DNA of 64,000 bases from Curvibacter sp. PD_MW3 (GTDB lineage Bacteria > Pseudomonadota > Gammaproteobacteria > Burkholderiales > Burkholderiaceae_C): the NCBI GenBank assembly GCA_002633085.1, contig NSIV01000002.1, positions 105,602 to 169,601 of the forward strand, read 5' to 3'. How positions within the stretch are numbered: the stretch's first letter is position 1; each line of letters opens with the position of its first letter. The notes under the pieces are model-generated. The model ran no database searches. It had not been told where the DNA came from and worked only from the letters and a program-made list of their open reading frames with translations. Below are positions 1 to 10,043 of this stretch, in pieces. A program made the translations under genes and the position numbers.

Positions 1-1
1 C

Positions 2-1996
2 ACCGGTGCCAGCGGCGACCCGCAACGGCGTGGTGCCACGCTCAGCCTGTACTGCCAGGGCCTGAACCAGAGCAGCAGCGGTACCGCCAAGAACGCCGCG
101 CTGATCAACCTGCACCTGGCCAGCGGCCAGATCGGCAAACCCGGCGCCGGCCCCTTCTCGCTCACCGGTCAGCCCAATGCCATGGGCGGGCGCGAGGTTG
201 GTGGCATGGCCAATCTGCTGTCGGCCCACCGCGATCTGGCCAACCCGCAGCACCGCGCCGAAGTCGCCGCGCTGTGGGGCGTGCCCGATGTGCCGGCAAC
301 ACCTGGCAAAACGGCGGTGGAAATGTTCCAGGCTGCCGCCGACGGCGAGATCAAAGCGCTCTGGATTGCCTGCACCAACCCGGCCCACTCCATGCCCGAC
401 CAGGCCACCGTACGCCGTGCCCTGGAGCGCGCCGAATTCGTGGTGGTGCAGGAAGCCTTCGCCACGCCGGCCACCTGCGACTTTGCCGACCTGCTGCTGC
501 CCGCCAGCACCTGGGGCGAGAAGGACGGCACCGTCACCAACAGCGAACGCCGCATCTCGCGCGTGCGCGCCGCTGTGCCGGCCCCGGGCCAGGCACGCCA
601 CGACTGGCAGATCGTCGTGGATTTCGCCCGCCGTCTGGAGAAAGAATTTGGGGTCGGATCCGAATTCAGGACAGCAACGCAGACGGGGACCAACCATGCT
701 GTACGAAATTCGGCTCTGACCCCAAGTTCGCTGTTCGCGTACCCCACACCCGAATCGATCTGGAACGAACACCGCGAGTCCACCCGCGGCCGCGACCTCG
801 ACATCACCGGCTTGAGCTACGCCCAACTCGAACAAACCCCGCAGCAATGGCCGTGTCCTGCCGGCCAGACCACGGGCAAGGCACGCCTGTACGAAGACGG
901 CATCTTCCCCACGCCGGACGGCCGCGCCCGCTTCGCCAACACCGTCTACAGAGAAGTGGCCGAGCCGCGCGAATCACGCTACCCCTTTTCGCTCACCACC
1001 GGCCGCCTGCGCGACCACTGGCACGGCATGAGCCGCACCGGCACGCTGGGGCGGCTGTTCGGCCACGTGGCCGAGCCGGCCGTGCAGATGAATGCGCAGG
1101 ACATGGCGCACCGCGGTCTGACCGAGGGCGACCTGGTGCATGTCACCAGCAAGCGCGGCAGCATCGTGGTGCCGCTGCAGGCCAGCGCGGAAGTGGCGGC
1201 TGGCCAGGCCTTCATCGCCATGCACTGGGGGCCGGAGTACCTGAGCGGCCAAAGCAGCACTGGCCTGCCGCTGGCCGGCGTCAACGCACTCACTACCTCG
1301 GCCTTCTGCCCCGATTCCAAACAACCTGAACTCAAACACGCCGCGGTCAAGATCCTCAAGGCCGAGCTACCGTGGTCACTGCTGGCCATGGCCTGGCTGC
1401 CGGCCGACAGTGCGTTGCGCACGCGCGAAGCCTTGCGCCGCCTGATGCCGCGTTTTCCCTTTGCCAGCTGCGTGCCGTTCGGGCGCGAGCGCAGCGGTGT
1501 GCTGCTGCGCGCCGCCGCGCATGAAGCGCCACCGGCCGATCTGCTGGCCGAGGTGGAAGCCTTGCTCAATCTGCGCGACGCCAGCGTGCTGCATTACGCC
1601 GACCCCAAACGCGGCCAGCGCCGTGCCGTGCGGGTGCACCGCACGCATGAGCAGACCACGGTGGAAGGTTTTCTGCTGGCCGGTGACACGCGCGCCGAGG
1701 TCTGGCTCAAGACCCTGCTGCAGGACGAATTGCCGGCGCAGGCCTATGGCCGTGCACTGCTGCAAGGCAGTGCCACTGCCCCGGTGGCACTGGCGCCGCG
1801 CAGCCGTCAGGTCTGCACCTGCTTCAACGTCAGCGAAAGCGCGATTCACACGCAGCTCACGCACTGCCACGGCAACGAAAGCGAGCGCCTGACCCAACTG
1901 CAACAAGCCCTGCAGTGCGGCACCAACTGTGGCTCCTGCGTGCCCGAGTTGCAGCGCATGGTGCGCGCCACTTCACCCGTGAAACAGGTGGCTTGA
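2..1996 (+). CDS. nasA: Assimilatory nitrate reductase catalytic subunit (molybdopterin oxidoreductase), 5'-truncated by the window edge, with a C-terminal BFD-like [2Fe-2S] domain
   Basis: The frame is open from base 2. The translation contains GKPGAGPFSLTGQPNAMGGREVGG, ACTNPAHSMPD, a molybdopterin-binding C-terminal region and a terminal CTCFNV...GTNCGSCVPEL motif. Siroheme-related cobA lies downstream. Confidence 0.85.
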   Translation, partial: TGASGDPQRRGATLSLYCQGLNQSSSGTAKNAALINLHLASGQIGKPGAGPFSLTGQPNAMGGREVGGMANLLSAHRDLANPQHRAEVAALWGVPDVPATPGKTAVEMFQAAADGEIKALWIACTNPAHSMPDQATVRRALERAEFVVVQEAFATPATCDFADLLLPASTWGEKDGTVTNSERRISRVRAAVPAPGQARHDWQIVVDFARRLEKEFGVGSEFRTATQTGTNHAVRNSALTPSSLFAYPTPESIWNEHRESTRGRDLDITGLSYAQLEQTPQQWPCPAGQTTGKARLYEDGIFPTPDGRARFANTVYREVAEPRESRYPFSLTTGRLRDHWHGMSRTGTLGRLFGHVAEPAVQMNAQDMAHRGLTEGDLVHVTSKRGSIVVPLQASAEVAAGQAFIAMHWGPEYLSGQSSTGLPLAGVNALTTSAFCPDSKQPELKHAAVKILKAELPWSLLAMAWLPADSALRTREALRRLMPRFPFASCVPFGRERSGVLLRAAAHEAPPADLLAEVEALLNLRDASVLHYADPKRGQRRAVRVHRTHEQTTVEGFLLAGDTRAEVWLKTLLQDELPAQAYGRALLQGSATAPVALAPRSRQVCTCFNVSESAIHTQLTHCHGNESERLTQLQQALQCGTNCGSCVPELQRMVRATSPVKQVA

Positions 1997-2083
1997 ATTG
2001 GGTACGTTGATGACTCAATATGACGTCAAACCCTTGAATCAGCTTATTACCAAAATTTATAACAACAGGTTCAGAATTACGTC

Positions 2084-2986
2084 ATGAGCATCAGTCAGTA
2101 CATCCGAGACATCGGCCGCGGCAAGGAAGGCGCGCGGTCCTTGTCGCGCGTGCAAGCGGCTGATCTGTTCGGTCAGGTGCTCGACGGCACGGTGACCGAC
2201 CTGGAGGTGGGCGCCTTCTGCCTGGCCATGCGCATCAAGGGCGAAACGCCGGAAGAGATGGCCGGCTTTCTCGACGCCACCCATGCCCGTCTGCAGCACG
2301 TGCCGGCGCAGCAGCCGGTGGTGGTGCTGCCGAGCTACAACGGTGCACGCAAACTGCCCGGCCTGCTGCCGCTGCTGGCCCTGTTGCTGGCACGCGAGGG
2401 CTTGCCGGTGCTGGTGCACGGCACACCGACCGAGTCGTCCCGGGTTTACACGTCAGAAGTACTGCTGACCCTTGGTATTCATGCGCAAACAGCTATCAAA
2501 AGCATAGCGTCTGGCGAGGTGCAATTTGTTCCCACCGCACTGCTGTGCCCCGGCCTGCAGCGCCTGCTGGAGGTGCGCCGCGTGGTCGGCCTGCGCAACC
2601 CGGCGCACAGCCTGGTCAAGCTCATGAACCCGGTGTCAGGCCAAGCGCTGATCGTCAGCAGCTACACCCACCCGGAGTACGCGCAGTCGATGGCGGCCAC
2701 CTTTGAGCTGATCCAGGCCAATGCCTTGCTGCTGCGCGGCACCGAAGGCGAGGCCGTGGCCGATGCCCGGCGCATGCCGCAGATGGACGGCTTCATCGCC
2801 GGCCAGCGCAGCAGCTTGCAGGAGGCGCAAAGCGGCTCGCTGCTGGCCCTGCCCGGATTGCCGCAAGGCCCTGAGGCTGCCGCCACCGCCGCCTACATCC
2901 GCGCGGTGCTGGCTGGCCGCAGCGAAGTGCCGGCACCGATTGCGGTGCAGGTGGAACACATCTTGCGTCTGATCCGTCAGATCTAA
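2084..2986 (+). CDS. Glycosyltransferase family 3 / anthranilate phosphoribosyltransferase-like protein (YbiB-like DNA-binding protein)
   Basis: 300 aa. The N-terminus reads IRDIGRGKEGARSL...DLEVGAFCLAMRIKGETPEEMAGF, typical of TrpD2/YbiB family proteins. Confidence 0.7.
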   Translation: MSISQYIRDIGRGKEGARSLSRVQAADLFGQVLDGTVTDLEVGAFCLAMRIKGETPEEMAGFLDATHARLQHVPAQQPVVVLPSYNGARKLPGLLPLLALLLAREGLPVLVHGTPTESSRVYTSEVLLTLGIHAQTAIKSIASGEVQFVPTALLCPGLQRLLEVRRVVGLRNPAHSLVKLMNPVSGQALIVSSYTHPEYAQSMAATFELIQANALLLRGTEGEAVADARRMPQMDGFIAGQRSSLQEAQSGSLLALPGLPQGPEAAATAAYIRAVLAGRSEVPAPIAVQVEHILRLIRQI

Positions 2987-2993
2987 CCCGACC

Positions 2994-3800
2994 ATGGAGG
3001 TCACGATGTCCCAACACCTTCTCACATCCCTCGGCACCTGCACCCTGGTGGGTGCGGGCCCGGGCGACCCGGAACTGCTCACGCTCAAGGCCTTGAAGGC
3101 GATCCAGAACGCGACCGTGCTGTTCGTCGACGACTTGGTGAACGAGGCCATCGTCGCCCACGCCGCACCGACGGCACGCATCGTCTACGTGGGCAAGCGC
3201 GGCGGCTGCAAGTCGACGCCGCAGGCCTTCATCGAAAAACTCATGATTACCGCCGTGCGTGAAGGCGAGCGTGTGGTGCGCCTCAAAGGCGGCGACCCCT
3301 TCATCTTCGGCCGCGGCGGCGAGGAAGTGGAACATTTGCAACAAGCCGGCATCCCCGTGAGCGTGATCAACGGCATCACCTCCGGCCTGGCCGCCGTCAC
3401 ATCCCTGGGCGTGCCGCTCACGCACCGCGACCACGCGCACGGCGTGCTGTTCCTCACCGGCCACGCCAAGCCCGGCGACAGCGGACCCGACTGGACTGCG
3501 ATTGCCGCCACCGCCCGCACGGCCAAGCTCACGCTGGTGATCTACATGGGCGTCAGCGGCGCGCAGCAGATCGAGCATGGCCTGCTGTCCGGCCTGCCGG
3601 GTAGCACGCCGGTGGCGCTGATCCAGAACGCCTCGCTGCCGACGCAACGCCACGCCGTCAGCACACTGGCCGACCTGCACGCCACGCTGGTGCGCGAAGA
3701 ACTCGGTAGCCCCTGCGTCATCGTGGTGGGCGACGTGCTGCAGGGCCTGCTGCAGCTGCAACAACAGGAAACTGGCCCGGCCTTTGCTTGGGGTACCTGA
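2994..3800 (+). CDS. cobA: Uroporphyrinogen-III C-methyltransferase (SUMT, siroheme branch)
   Basis: Motifs LVGAGPGDPELLTLKA, RLKGGDPFIFGRGGEE and TGH. It sits in a nitrate-assimilation context. The start could be the downstream ATG at 3006. Confidence 0.85.
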   Translation: MEVTMSQHLLTSLGTCTLVGAGPGDPELLTLKALKAIQNATVLFVDDLVNEAIVAHAAPTARIVYVGKRGGCKSTPQAFIEKLMITAVREGERVVRLKGGDPFIFGRGGEEVEHLQQAGIPVSVINGITSGLAAVTSLGVPLTHRDHAHGVLFLTGHAKPGDSGPDWTAIAATARTAKLTLVIYMGVSGAQQIEHGLLSGLPGSTPVALIQNASLPTQRHAVSTLADLHATLVREELGSPCVIVVGDVLQGLLQLQQQETGPAFAWGT

Positions 3801-3821
3801 GCGGGGTCGCTGGACCCCGCC

Positions 3822-4535
3822 TTGAAGCGGGAGTCCACAATGAACCATACGTTTTCCGTCGCTGTCACACCCACTCCCCCCACGGCAACTGCAGCCGCCA
3901 CCACGGTGGCCGGCCTGTCGCTCGTCAACCTGGCGGCACGCCAGCGCATGCTGTCACAGCGCATGATTCTGCAGACCGTGCTGGCGTCGCAGGGCGATGC
4001 CGTCAAACTGGAGGAGGCCCGCAAATCGCTGCACGTTTTCACCGAAAGCCAGCAGCATCTGCAGGGCACACCACGCCAGCTGGAAGCCGGCAGCGCGCGC
4101 AAGATCGAAGCGACCTACCACGGAGCCCAAGGCGTGGCGCACGTGATTGAAGCCTTCATCAGCCTGGTGCGCACCACGCTGGACCACATTGCACACCGCA
4201 GTGCACGCCAGGCTGACACATTGGCCGAACTGGTGAGCCACACCGACAAGGTGCTGGCGGCACTCAACACCGCGACCACCGCCTTCGACGAGATCACCAA
4301 GGCCAAGTCCGACGCCATGATGCGTGAACTCAGCGGCATCGTGGGCGACATCCAGAGCGTGGCCAAGGAAGCCAAGGTGGTGAGCTTCAACGCCCAGGTC
4401 ATGGCGGCACGCGCCGGCCAGCACGGACGCGAATTCGCCGTGGTGGCCACGGTGCTGTCCAACATCACCGGCGAGATCGACGGCCTGACGCGCAAGGCCA
4501 TGCTGCTGGCCGACCGCAACAAGCTGGCGGCATGA
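3822..4535 (+). CDS. Soluble protein with a PilJ/NarX-type N-terminal sensor segment and a short MCP-signalling-like C-terminal segment
   Basis: LVNLAARQRMLSQRMILQTVLA resembles the PilJ/NarX P-box region. AKEAKVVSFNAQVMAARAGQHGREFAVVATVLSNITGEI resembles the MCP hairpin tip. I did not see a clear TM helix. Confidence 0.55.
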   Translation: MKRESTMNHTFSVAVTPTPPTATAAATTVAGLSLVNLAARQRMLSQRMILQTVLASQGDAVKLEEARKSLHVFTESQQHLQGTPRQLEAGSARKIEATYHGAQGVAHVIEAFISLVRTTLDHIAHRSARQADTLAELVSHTDKVLAALNTATTAFDEITKAKSDAMMRELSGIVGDIQSVAKEAKVVSFNAQVMAARAGQHGREFAVVATVLSNITGEIDGLTRKAMLLADRNKLAA

Positions 4536-4540
4536 AGTGG

Positions 4541-4788
4541 AACACCCCCAGGCTGCGCGCACTGCGTGTCGCTACGCCACCCCCCTTGCAGGGGGCAACG
4601 CCAGTGGACCGGCAAAGCCGGTTCCACGGCGTTCCCCGTTTAGAGACTGCGGACTCTTAGACCGCTTCGTGCACTGCGGCTCACGCGCCGGATCAACCTC
4701 TACATCGCCGCCGAGCCGCCCCAAGGTGATGCCGGCCCCTCGGGGGCAGCGACCACACGCCGTGAGGGAGCGTGGGGGCTAATAAACT
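4541..4788. repeat. GC-rich hairpin-forming REP-like elements (intergenic)
   Basis: Contains cactgcgtgt, cccccttgcaggggg, gcccctcgggggcag and ccacacgcc..gcgtggggg. The same motif types recur at 6041-6108. Confidence 0.5.
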
Positions 4789-4794
4789 CGGGCC

Positions 4795-6036
4795 ATGCAG
4801 AAATTCGATGTCGTGGTGATCGGCGCTGGCGCGGCCGGTCTGTTTTGTGCGGGTGTGGCCGGCCAGCGCGGGTGCAAAGTGCTGGTGCTGGACCACAGCC
4901 CGAAAGTGGCGGAGAAGATCCGCATCTCCGGCGGCGGGCGCTGCAACTTCACCAACCGCGACCTCGACGTGCGCGCGCCGCAAAAGCACTTCATCAGCGA
5001 CAACCCCAACTTCTGTCGCTCCGCCCTGTCGCGCTACACGCCGCAGGACTTCCTCGCCTTGCTGCAGCGCCATGGCATCCCCTTCCACGAAAAGCACAAG
5101 GGCCAGCTGTTCTGCGACCGCTCGGCCGACGACATCGTCCAGCTGCTGCTGCGCGAATGCGAGGCCGGCGGCGTCACCCGCTGGCAGCCCTGCGGCGTGA
5201 AAGCTATCCGATTTTCAGCCGCCAGCCCCGACGAAACAAGCCCTGGCAGCTATGAAATCGATAGCGATCAGGGAACGATCCAGTGCCGCGCCGTGGTGGT
5301 GGCCACCGGCGGCCTGTCGATCCCGAAGATTGGCGCCACCGACTTCGGCTACCGGGTGGCCAGGCAGTTCGGCCTGAAGCTGATCGAACCGCGCCCGGCG
5401 CTGGTGCCCCTGACCTTCGACGGCGCCGCCTGGGCACCCTACGCCGGCCTGGCCGGGCTGGCCCTCCCCGTACAAATCGAGACTGGCACGAAAAAAGAAA
5501 GAATGGCCTTTCTCGAAGACCTGCTGTTCACCCACCGGGGCCTGTCGGGCCCGGCGGTGCTGCAGATCTCCAGCTACTGGCGCACCAACACGCCGATCCG
5601 CCTGAACCTGGCGCCCGAACAGGACTTGCTGCAGTTCCTGCAGCAGGCCAAGGCGCGTTCGCGCAAGCTGATCGCCAACGAACTCGCCACTCAGTTGCCC
5701 AGCCGCCTGGCCGAAGCCTGGGTGCAGCAGGACGCCGCCTGGCAGCGCCCGGTGAACGAAGCGAGCGACAAGGCACTGGCCGCACTGGCCACCCGCCTCT
5801 CGGCCTGGGAACTCACCCCCACCGGCACCGAAGGTTATGCCAAGGCCGAGGTCACCGCCGGCGGCGTGGACACGCGCGAGCTGTCCAGCCAGACCATGGA
5901 AGCGCAGAGGCAGCCCGGCCTGTACTTCATCGGCGAAGTGGTGGACGTGACCGGCTGGCTGGGGGGGTACAACTTCCAGTGGGCATGGGCTAGCGCTCAC
6001 GCCTGCGGCGTGGCGCTAGCCCAAGGGCTGAAATAG
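4795..6036 (+). CDS. HI0933/YhiN (BaiN)-family FAD-dependent oxidoreductase
   Basis: N-terminal FDVVVIGAGAAGLFCA, then RISGGGRCNFTN and a C-terminal GLYFIGEVVDVTGWLGGYNFQWAW. Confidence 0.85.
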   Translation: MQKFDVVVIGAGAAGLFCAGVAGQRGCKVLVLDHSPKVAEKIRISGGGRCNFTNRDLDVRAPQKHFISDNPNFCRSALSRYTPQDFLALLQRHGIPFHEKHKGQLFCDRSADDIVQLLLRECEAGGVTRWQPCGVKAIRFSAASPDETSPGSYEIDSDQGTIQCRAVVVATGGLSIPKIGATDFGYRVARQFGLKLIEPRPALVPLTFDGAAWAPYAGLAGLALPVQIETGTKKERMAFLEDLLFTHRGLSGPAVLQISSYWRTNTPIRLNLAPEQDLLQFLQQAKARSRKLIANELATQLPSRLAEAWVQQDAAWQRPVNEASDKALAALATRLSAWELTPTGTEGYAKAEVTAGGVDTRELSSQTMEAQRQPGLYFIGEVVDVTGWLGGYNFQWAWASAHACGVALAQGLK

Positions 6037-6040
6037 GGTT

Positions 6041-6108
6041 CCCCCTGCGGCCCCCACTGCGTGTGGGGCCGCTGCCCCTCAAGGGGCAGGCCACGCTAGT
6101 GCGTGGCC
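6041..6108. repeat. GC-rich hairpin-forming REP-like element
   Basis: ccccactgcgtgtgggg, gcccctcaaggggcag and ccacgctagtgcgtgg share motifs with 4541-4788. Confidence 0.5.
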
Positions 6109-6138
6109 CAGGTTTTCCGGTCCTTTCCGGCCAGGCGG

Positions 6139-6166
6139 TTGCTGCGGTGGCTTAACCCGCTATAAT
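6139..6166 (+). promoter_or_regulatory. Candidate sigma70 promoter of rpsU
   Basis: TTGCTG (6139-6144), a 16-nt spacer, then TATAAT (6161-6166), about 130 nt upstream of the rpsU ATG. Confidence 0.5.
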
Positions 6167-6293
6167 GTTGGACTTTGCTGGCATAGCCCCGCCGGCCAAT
6201 ACTAGTTACAGGCGGGGCACTTCGCGGTACATGGCGTGCAGGCCCGATCTTCCTGTCCTCCCTCTGACCGCACATTTCGGAAATCAAGACGTA

Positions 6294-6506
6294 ATGACGA
6301 CCATTCGTGTTAAAGAAAACGAGCCGTTTGACGTGGCACTGCGCCGCTTCAAGCGCACCATTGAAAAACTGGGCCTGCTGACCGACCTCCGTGCACGCGA
6401 GTTCTACGAGAAGCCGACCGCCGAGCGCAAGCGCAAGAAAGCTGCCGCTGTGAAGCGCAACTACAAGCGCATCCGCTCGATGCAGCTGCCCAAGAAGCTG
6501 TACTGA
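6294..6506 (+). CDS. rpsU: 30S ribosomal protein S21
   Basis: [55 protein letters not shown] is canonical S21. The internal ATG at 6294 of the 6165 ORF gives the expected 70 aa. Confidence 0.95.
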   Translation: MTTIRVKENEPFDVALRRFKRTIEKLGLLTDLRAREFYEKPTAERKRKKAAAVKRNYKRIRSMQLPKKLY

Positions 6507-6539
6507 TCGCGCCGGGGTCCGAGACCTCAGAGCATCCAT

Positions 6540-6578
6540 AACCCGCGCTCGGGACGCCAGGCGCGGGTTTTGTTTTTT
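6540..6578 (+). terminator. Rho-independent terminator after rpsU
   Basis: Stem aacccgcgc / gcgcgggtt with a 12-nt loop, followed by ttgtttttt. Confidence 0.8.
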
Positions 6579-6657
6579 CCGCTCCAATAACCTTGCAGGG
6601 CAGGCCTCTCAGCGACACGGTCGCCAGCGCTGTCCTCAACTGATTGAAGGAATAACC

Positions 6658-7104
6658 ATGTCACTCAAAGACCAGATCACCGAAGACATGAAGGCCGCCA
6701 TGCGCGCCAAGGACAGCGAACGCCTGGGCACCATCCGCCTGCTGCAGGCTGCGCTGAAGCAGAAGGAAGTCGACGAGCGCATCACGCTCGACGACGTGGC
6801 CGTGGTCGCCGTGATCGACAAGCTGATCAAGCAGCGCAAGGACTCGGTCGCCGCCTTCGTGCAGGCGGCCCGCCAGGATCTGGCCGACAAGGAAAGCGCC
6901 GAGATCAAGGTGCTGGAAGCCTACCTGCCGCAGCGCATGAGCGCCGAGGAAGTGGCCACCGAAGTCAAGGCCATCGTGACTGAGCTGGGCGCCAAGGGCC
7001 CCGGTGACATGGGCAAGGTCATGGGCGTGGTCAAGACCCGCTTGGCCGGCAAGGCCGAGATGGGCCAGGTGTCAGCGGCGGTCAAGGCGGCACTGGCCGG
7101 TTGA
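6658..7104 (+). CDS. GatB/YqeY domain-containing protein
   Basis: MSLKDQITEDMKAAMRAKD..RLGTIRLL...KEVD is typical of the YqeY family. Its position after rpsU is common. Confidence 0.85.
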   Translation: MSLKDQITEDMKAAMRAKDSERLGTIRLLQAALKQKEVDERITLDDVAVVAVIDKLIKQRKDSVAAFVQAARQDLADKESAEIKVLEAYLPQRMSAEEVATEVKAIVTELGAKGPGDMGKVMGVVKTRLAGKAEMGQVSAAVKAALAG

Positions 7105-7159
7105 GAAGCCGTAACGGCAGTTCTTCACAAGTCGGTAGCTTGCGCCCCGCGACATCTGA

Positions 7160-8653
7160 TCAGAGCGGGCGTCCCTGGCGCGCTACCAACCAGGCCGGCG
7201 GCTCCTGCAGACAGACCGGACGCAGAAAACGTCCCAGTGCAGCATCACCAACCGAAGTCGTCTCCGGCCGCGTGCTGCTCGGCCAGGGCCCCCCGTGTTG
7301 TTGCGCTGCCGTCACGGCCACACCGGTTGGCACACCCGCAAACAGCACCCGGCCGGCCATGGCCATGGCGCCACGCACCAGGGACTGCACGTCTGCACTG
7401 TCCACCTGCGCGCCCCAGACTGTGACGGTCAGCGAACCGCCCACGGCCTGCAACACCTGTAGCACCTGGGCCACGCTGGCCGCACGCACCACCAAGCTGC
7501 TGGGGCCAAAGACCTCCTCACGCAGCACAGCCTTGGCAATGAAATCCTGAGCGCTGACCTGGGCCAGCACCGGGCGTGGCGGCTGGCCCGCGGCGGCGTC
7601 TTCGTTTACGACGAAAGTGGCACCGGCCTCGCCCCAGTGGGCCACACCAGCATCGAAGTTCTTGCGCATGCCTTGCGTGAGCATGGCGTGCGGGTTCTGC
7701 CCGTCCAGGGCCTGGACCAGTTGCTGCACAAAAGCATCGTTGAGCGCTTTGGCATCGGCCTGCATGGCATCGAGCAACACGATGACACCGGGGTTGGTGC
7801 AGAACTGACCGCAGCCCAGGGTAATGGAACCAGCCAACGTGGTGGCCAGCTCGGCACCCTTGGCTTGCAACTCATCCGGCAAAACGATCACGGGGTTGAT
7901 GGAGCCGAGTTCTCCATAGAAGGGAATCGGATGCGGACGAGCCGCCGCTTCAGCGGCCAGCGCGGCACCGCCGCGCGTGGAACCCGTGAAGGCCGCGGCC
8001 GCAATGGCCGGATGGCGCACCAGCTGCACACCCACCTCGTTGCTCGCGCCCTGCACTATGCCCACCAGGCCGGCGGGCAGGCTCTGCGCGGCCAGCACCT
8101 GCTGGATCAGGCGCCAGGTCTGCTGCGAGAGCTGCGGATGTCCCGGGTGGGCCTTGATCACCACCGGACAGCCCGCGGCCAGCGCAGCCGCGGTGTCGCC
8201 GCCCAGCACCGAGAAGGCGAAGGGAAAGTTGCTGGCAGCATACACGGCCACAGGACCCACGGGCACAGACCAGCGCTGCATGGCGGGATGCCCTGCAGGC
8301 GGCGCGCCGGCCACGGCAGGATCATCGAGGTAGTCGAAAGGCGCACCTCGCTCAGCCATGTCGGCAAAGCGGCGCAGCTGGAAAGCCGTGCGGTCAAGTT
8401 CGCCGTTTAAGCGCACCGGGCCCAGTGCAGTCTCCTGATTGGCCAGGACCACGAAGGTCTCGCGGTCGACTTCCAGGCCGGCAGCCAGGGCGCGCAACAG
8501 CGTAGCGCGCTGTGTGCCGCTGCTGGCCTGCCAGAGCGGGAAGGCTGCTGCGGCGGCCGTGCCGGCAGCATCAATGTCCTGCGGCGTCGAAGCCGTCAGT
8601 GTGGCCAGCGTTTCGCCGGTGCGTGCGTTGTAGGAGGTGAGGTGGGTGCTCAT
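7160..8653 (-). CDS. NADP-dependent aldehyde dehydrogenase, likely 2,5-dioxovalerate (alpha-ketoglutarate semialdehyde) dehydrogenase
   Basis: 497-aa ALDH-fold protein (FTGST.GG, ELG..NP, GQFCT catalytic Cys region) immediately downstream of gudD and kdgD. Confidence 0.8.
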   Translation of the reverse strand: MSTHLTSYNARTGETLATLTASTPQDIDAAGTAAAAAFPLWQASSGTQRATLLRALAAGLEVDRETFVVLANQETALGPVRLNGELDRTAFQLRRFADMAERGAPFDYLDDPAVAGAPPAGHPAMQRWSVPVGPVAVYAASNFPFAFSVLGGDTAAALAAGCPVVIKAHPGHPQLSQQTWRLIQQVLAAQSLPAGLVGIVQGASNEVGVQLVRHPAIAAAAFTGSTRGGAALAAEAAARPHPIPFYGELGSINPVIVLPDELQAKGAELATTLAGSITLGCGQFCTNPGVIVLLDAMQADAKALNDAFVQQLVQALDGQNPHAMLTQGMRKNFDAGVAHWGEAGATFVVNEDAAAGQPPRPVLAQVSAQDFIAKAVLREEVFGPSSLVVRAASVAQVLQVLQAVGGSLTVTVWGAQVDSADVQSLVRGAMAMAGRVLFAGVPTGVAVTAAQQHGGPWPSSTRPETTSVGDAALGRFLRPVCLQEPPAWLVARQGRPL

Positions 8654-8670
8654 GCGGTTGTCTTAGAAGA

Positions 8671-10005
8671 TCAGCGCACCAGGCAGGGACGCTTGTTATC
8701 GAATTTCCAGCCGGGAATAAGGTATTGCATAGCAACAGCGTCGTCGCGCGCACCCAGGCCGTGCTGCAGATAGAGTTGGTGCGCTTTCTCGACTTCGCTC
8801 ATGTCGAGCTCCACGCCCAGGCCTGGCTTTTTAGGAACCTGCACATGCCCCCCAACGATCTGCAGCGGCTCCCTGGTCAGGCGCTGACCGTCCTGCCAGA
8901 TCCAGTGTGTATCGATAGCCGTCACCTGGCCCGGTGCCGCCGCGGCCACGTGCGTGAACATGGCCAGCGAAACGTCGAAGTGGTTGTTGGAGTGCGAGCC
9001 CCAGGTCAGGCCCCAGTCGCGACAGGCCTGGGCCACGCGAACCGAGCCAGCCATGGTCCAGAAATGCGGATCGGCCAGCGGAATGTCCACGCTCTGCAGC
9101 GACAGCGCATGCGCCATCTGGCGCCAGTCGGTCGCCACCATGTTCGTGGCTGTGGGCAGGCCGGTGGCGCGGCGGAACTCGGCCATGACCTCACGGCCGC
9201 TGAACCCCTCCTCCGCTCCGCAAGGGTCTTCGGCATAGGCCACCACGCCGCGCATGTCACGCATCAGGCGCACCGCGTCCTTCAGCAGCCAGCCCCCATT
9301 CGGGTCGAGCGTGACACGTGCCTGCGGAAATCGTTCTTTCAGCGCACGCACGACTTCGACTTCGGCCTCTCCGCGCAGCACACCACCCTTGAGCTTAAAG
9401 TCGTTGAAACCGTATTTCGCATGTGCAGCCTCGGCCAGGTGGACCACAGCCTCGGGTGTCATGGCCACCTCGTTGCGTGCGCGGAACCACGCGTCAACAG
9501 CGCCGTCCTCGCGACGATACGGCAGATCCGTCTGACGTTGGTCGCCGACGAAGAACAGATAACCCAACATCTCGACCGACTCGCGCTGCTGCCCCTCGCC
9601 CAACAGAGCGGCCACCGGCACACCCAGGTGCTGCCCCAGCAGGTCGAGCAGCGCGGACTCCATTGCTGTCACGGCATGGATCGTGGTACGCAGGTCGAAT
9701 GTCTGCAAGCCGCGTCCGCCAGTGTCGCGGTCCGCAAAGCGCTCGCGCATGTGGTTGAGGATGGCCTGCACCTGTCCGAGCGGCTGGCCGACCACGAGCT
9801 CGGCCGACTCCTCCAGCGTGGCCCGGATCTTCTCGCCCCCAGGCACTTCGCCCACGCCGGTGCGTCCTGCGCTGTCGCGCAGGATGAGCAGGTTGCGGGT
9901 GAAATAGGGGCCGTGCGCTCCCGACAGGTTCATGAGCATGCTGTCCTGCCCAGCCACGGGGATGGCGCGCAGTTCGGTGACGATCGGTGTGTCGTTCGCG
10001 GACAT
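8671..10005 (-). CDS. gudD: Glucarate dehydratase (enolase superfamily)
   Basis: [56 protein letters not shown] closely parallels the known GudD N-terminus. The start is placed at the internal ATG (MSANDTP); the ORF extends to 10029. Confidence 0.9.
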   Translation of the reverse strand: MSANDTPIVTELRAIPVAGQDSMLMNLSGAHGPYFTRNLLILRDSAGRTGVGEVPGGEKIRATLEESAELVVGQPLGQVQAILNHMRERFADRDTGGRGLQTFDLRTTIHAVTAMESALLDLLGQHLGVPVAALLGEGQQRESVEMLGYLFFVGDQRQTDLPYRREDGAVDAWFRARNEVAMTPEAVVHLAEAAHAKYGFNDFKLKGGVLRGEAEVEVVRALKERFPQARVTLDPNGGWLLKDAVRLMRDMRGVVAYAEDPCGAEEGFSGREVMAEFRRATGLPTATNMVATDWRQMAHALSLQSVDIPLADPHFWTMAGSVRVAQACRDWGLTWGSHSNNHFDVSLAMFTHVAAAAPGQVTAIDTHWIWQDGQRLTREPLQIVGGHVQVPKKPGLGVELDMSEVEKAHQLYLQHGLGARDDAVAMQYLIPGWKFDNKRPCLVR

Positions 10006-10043
10006 ATGTTGTATCGGCTCTCGGTTCATACGGGCATCGGCAT

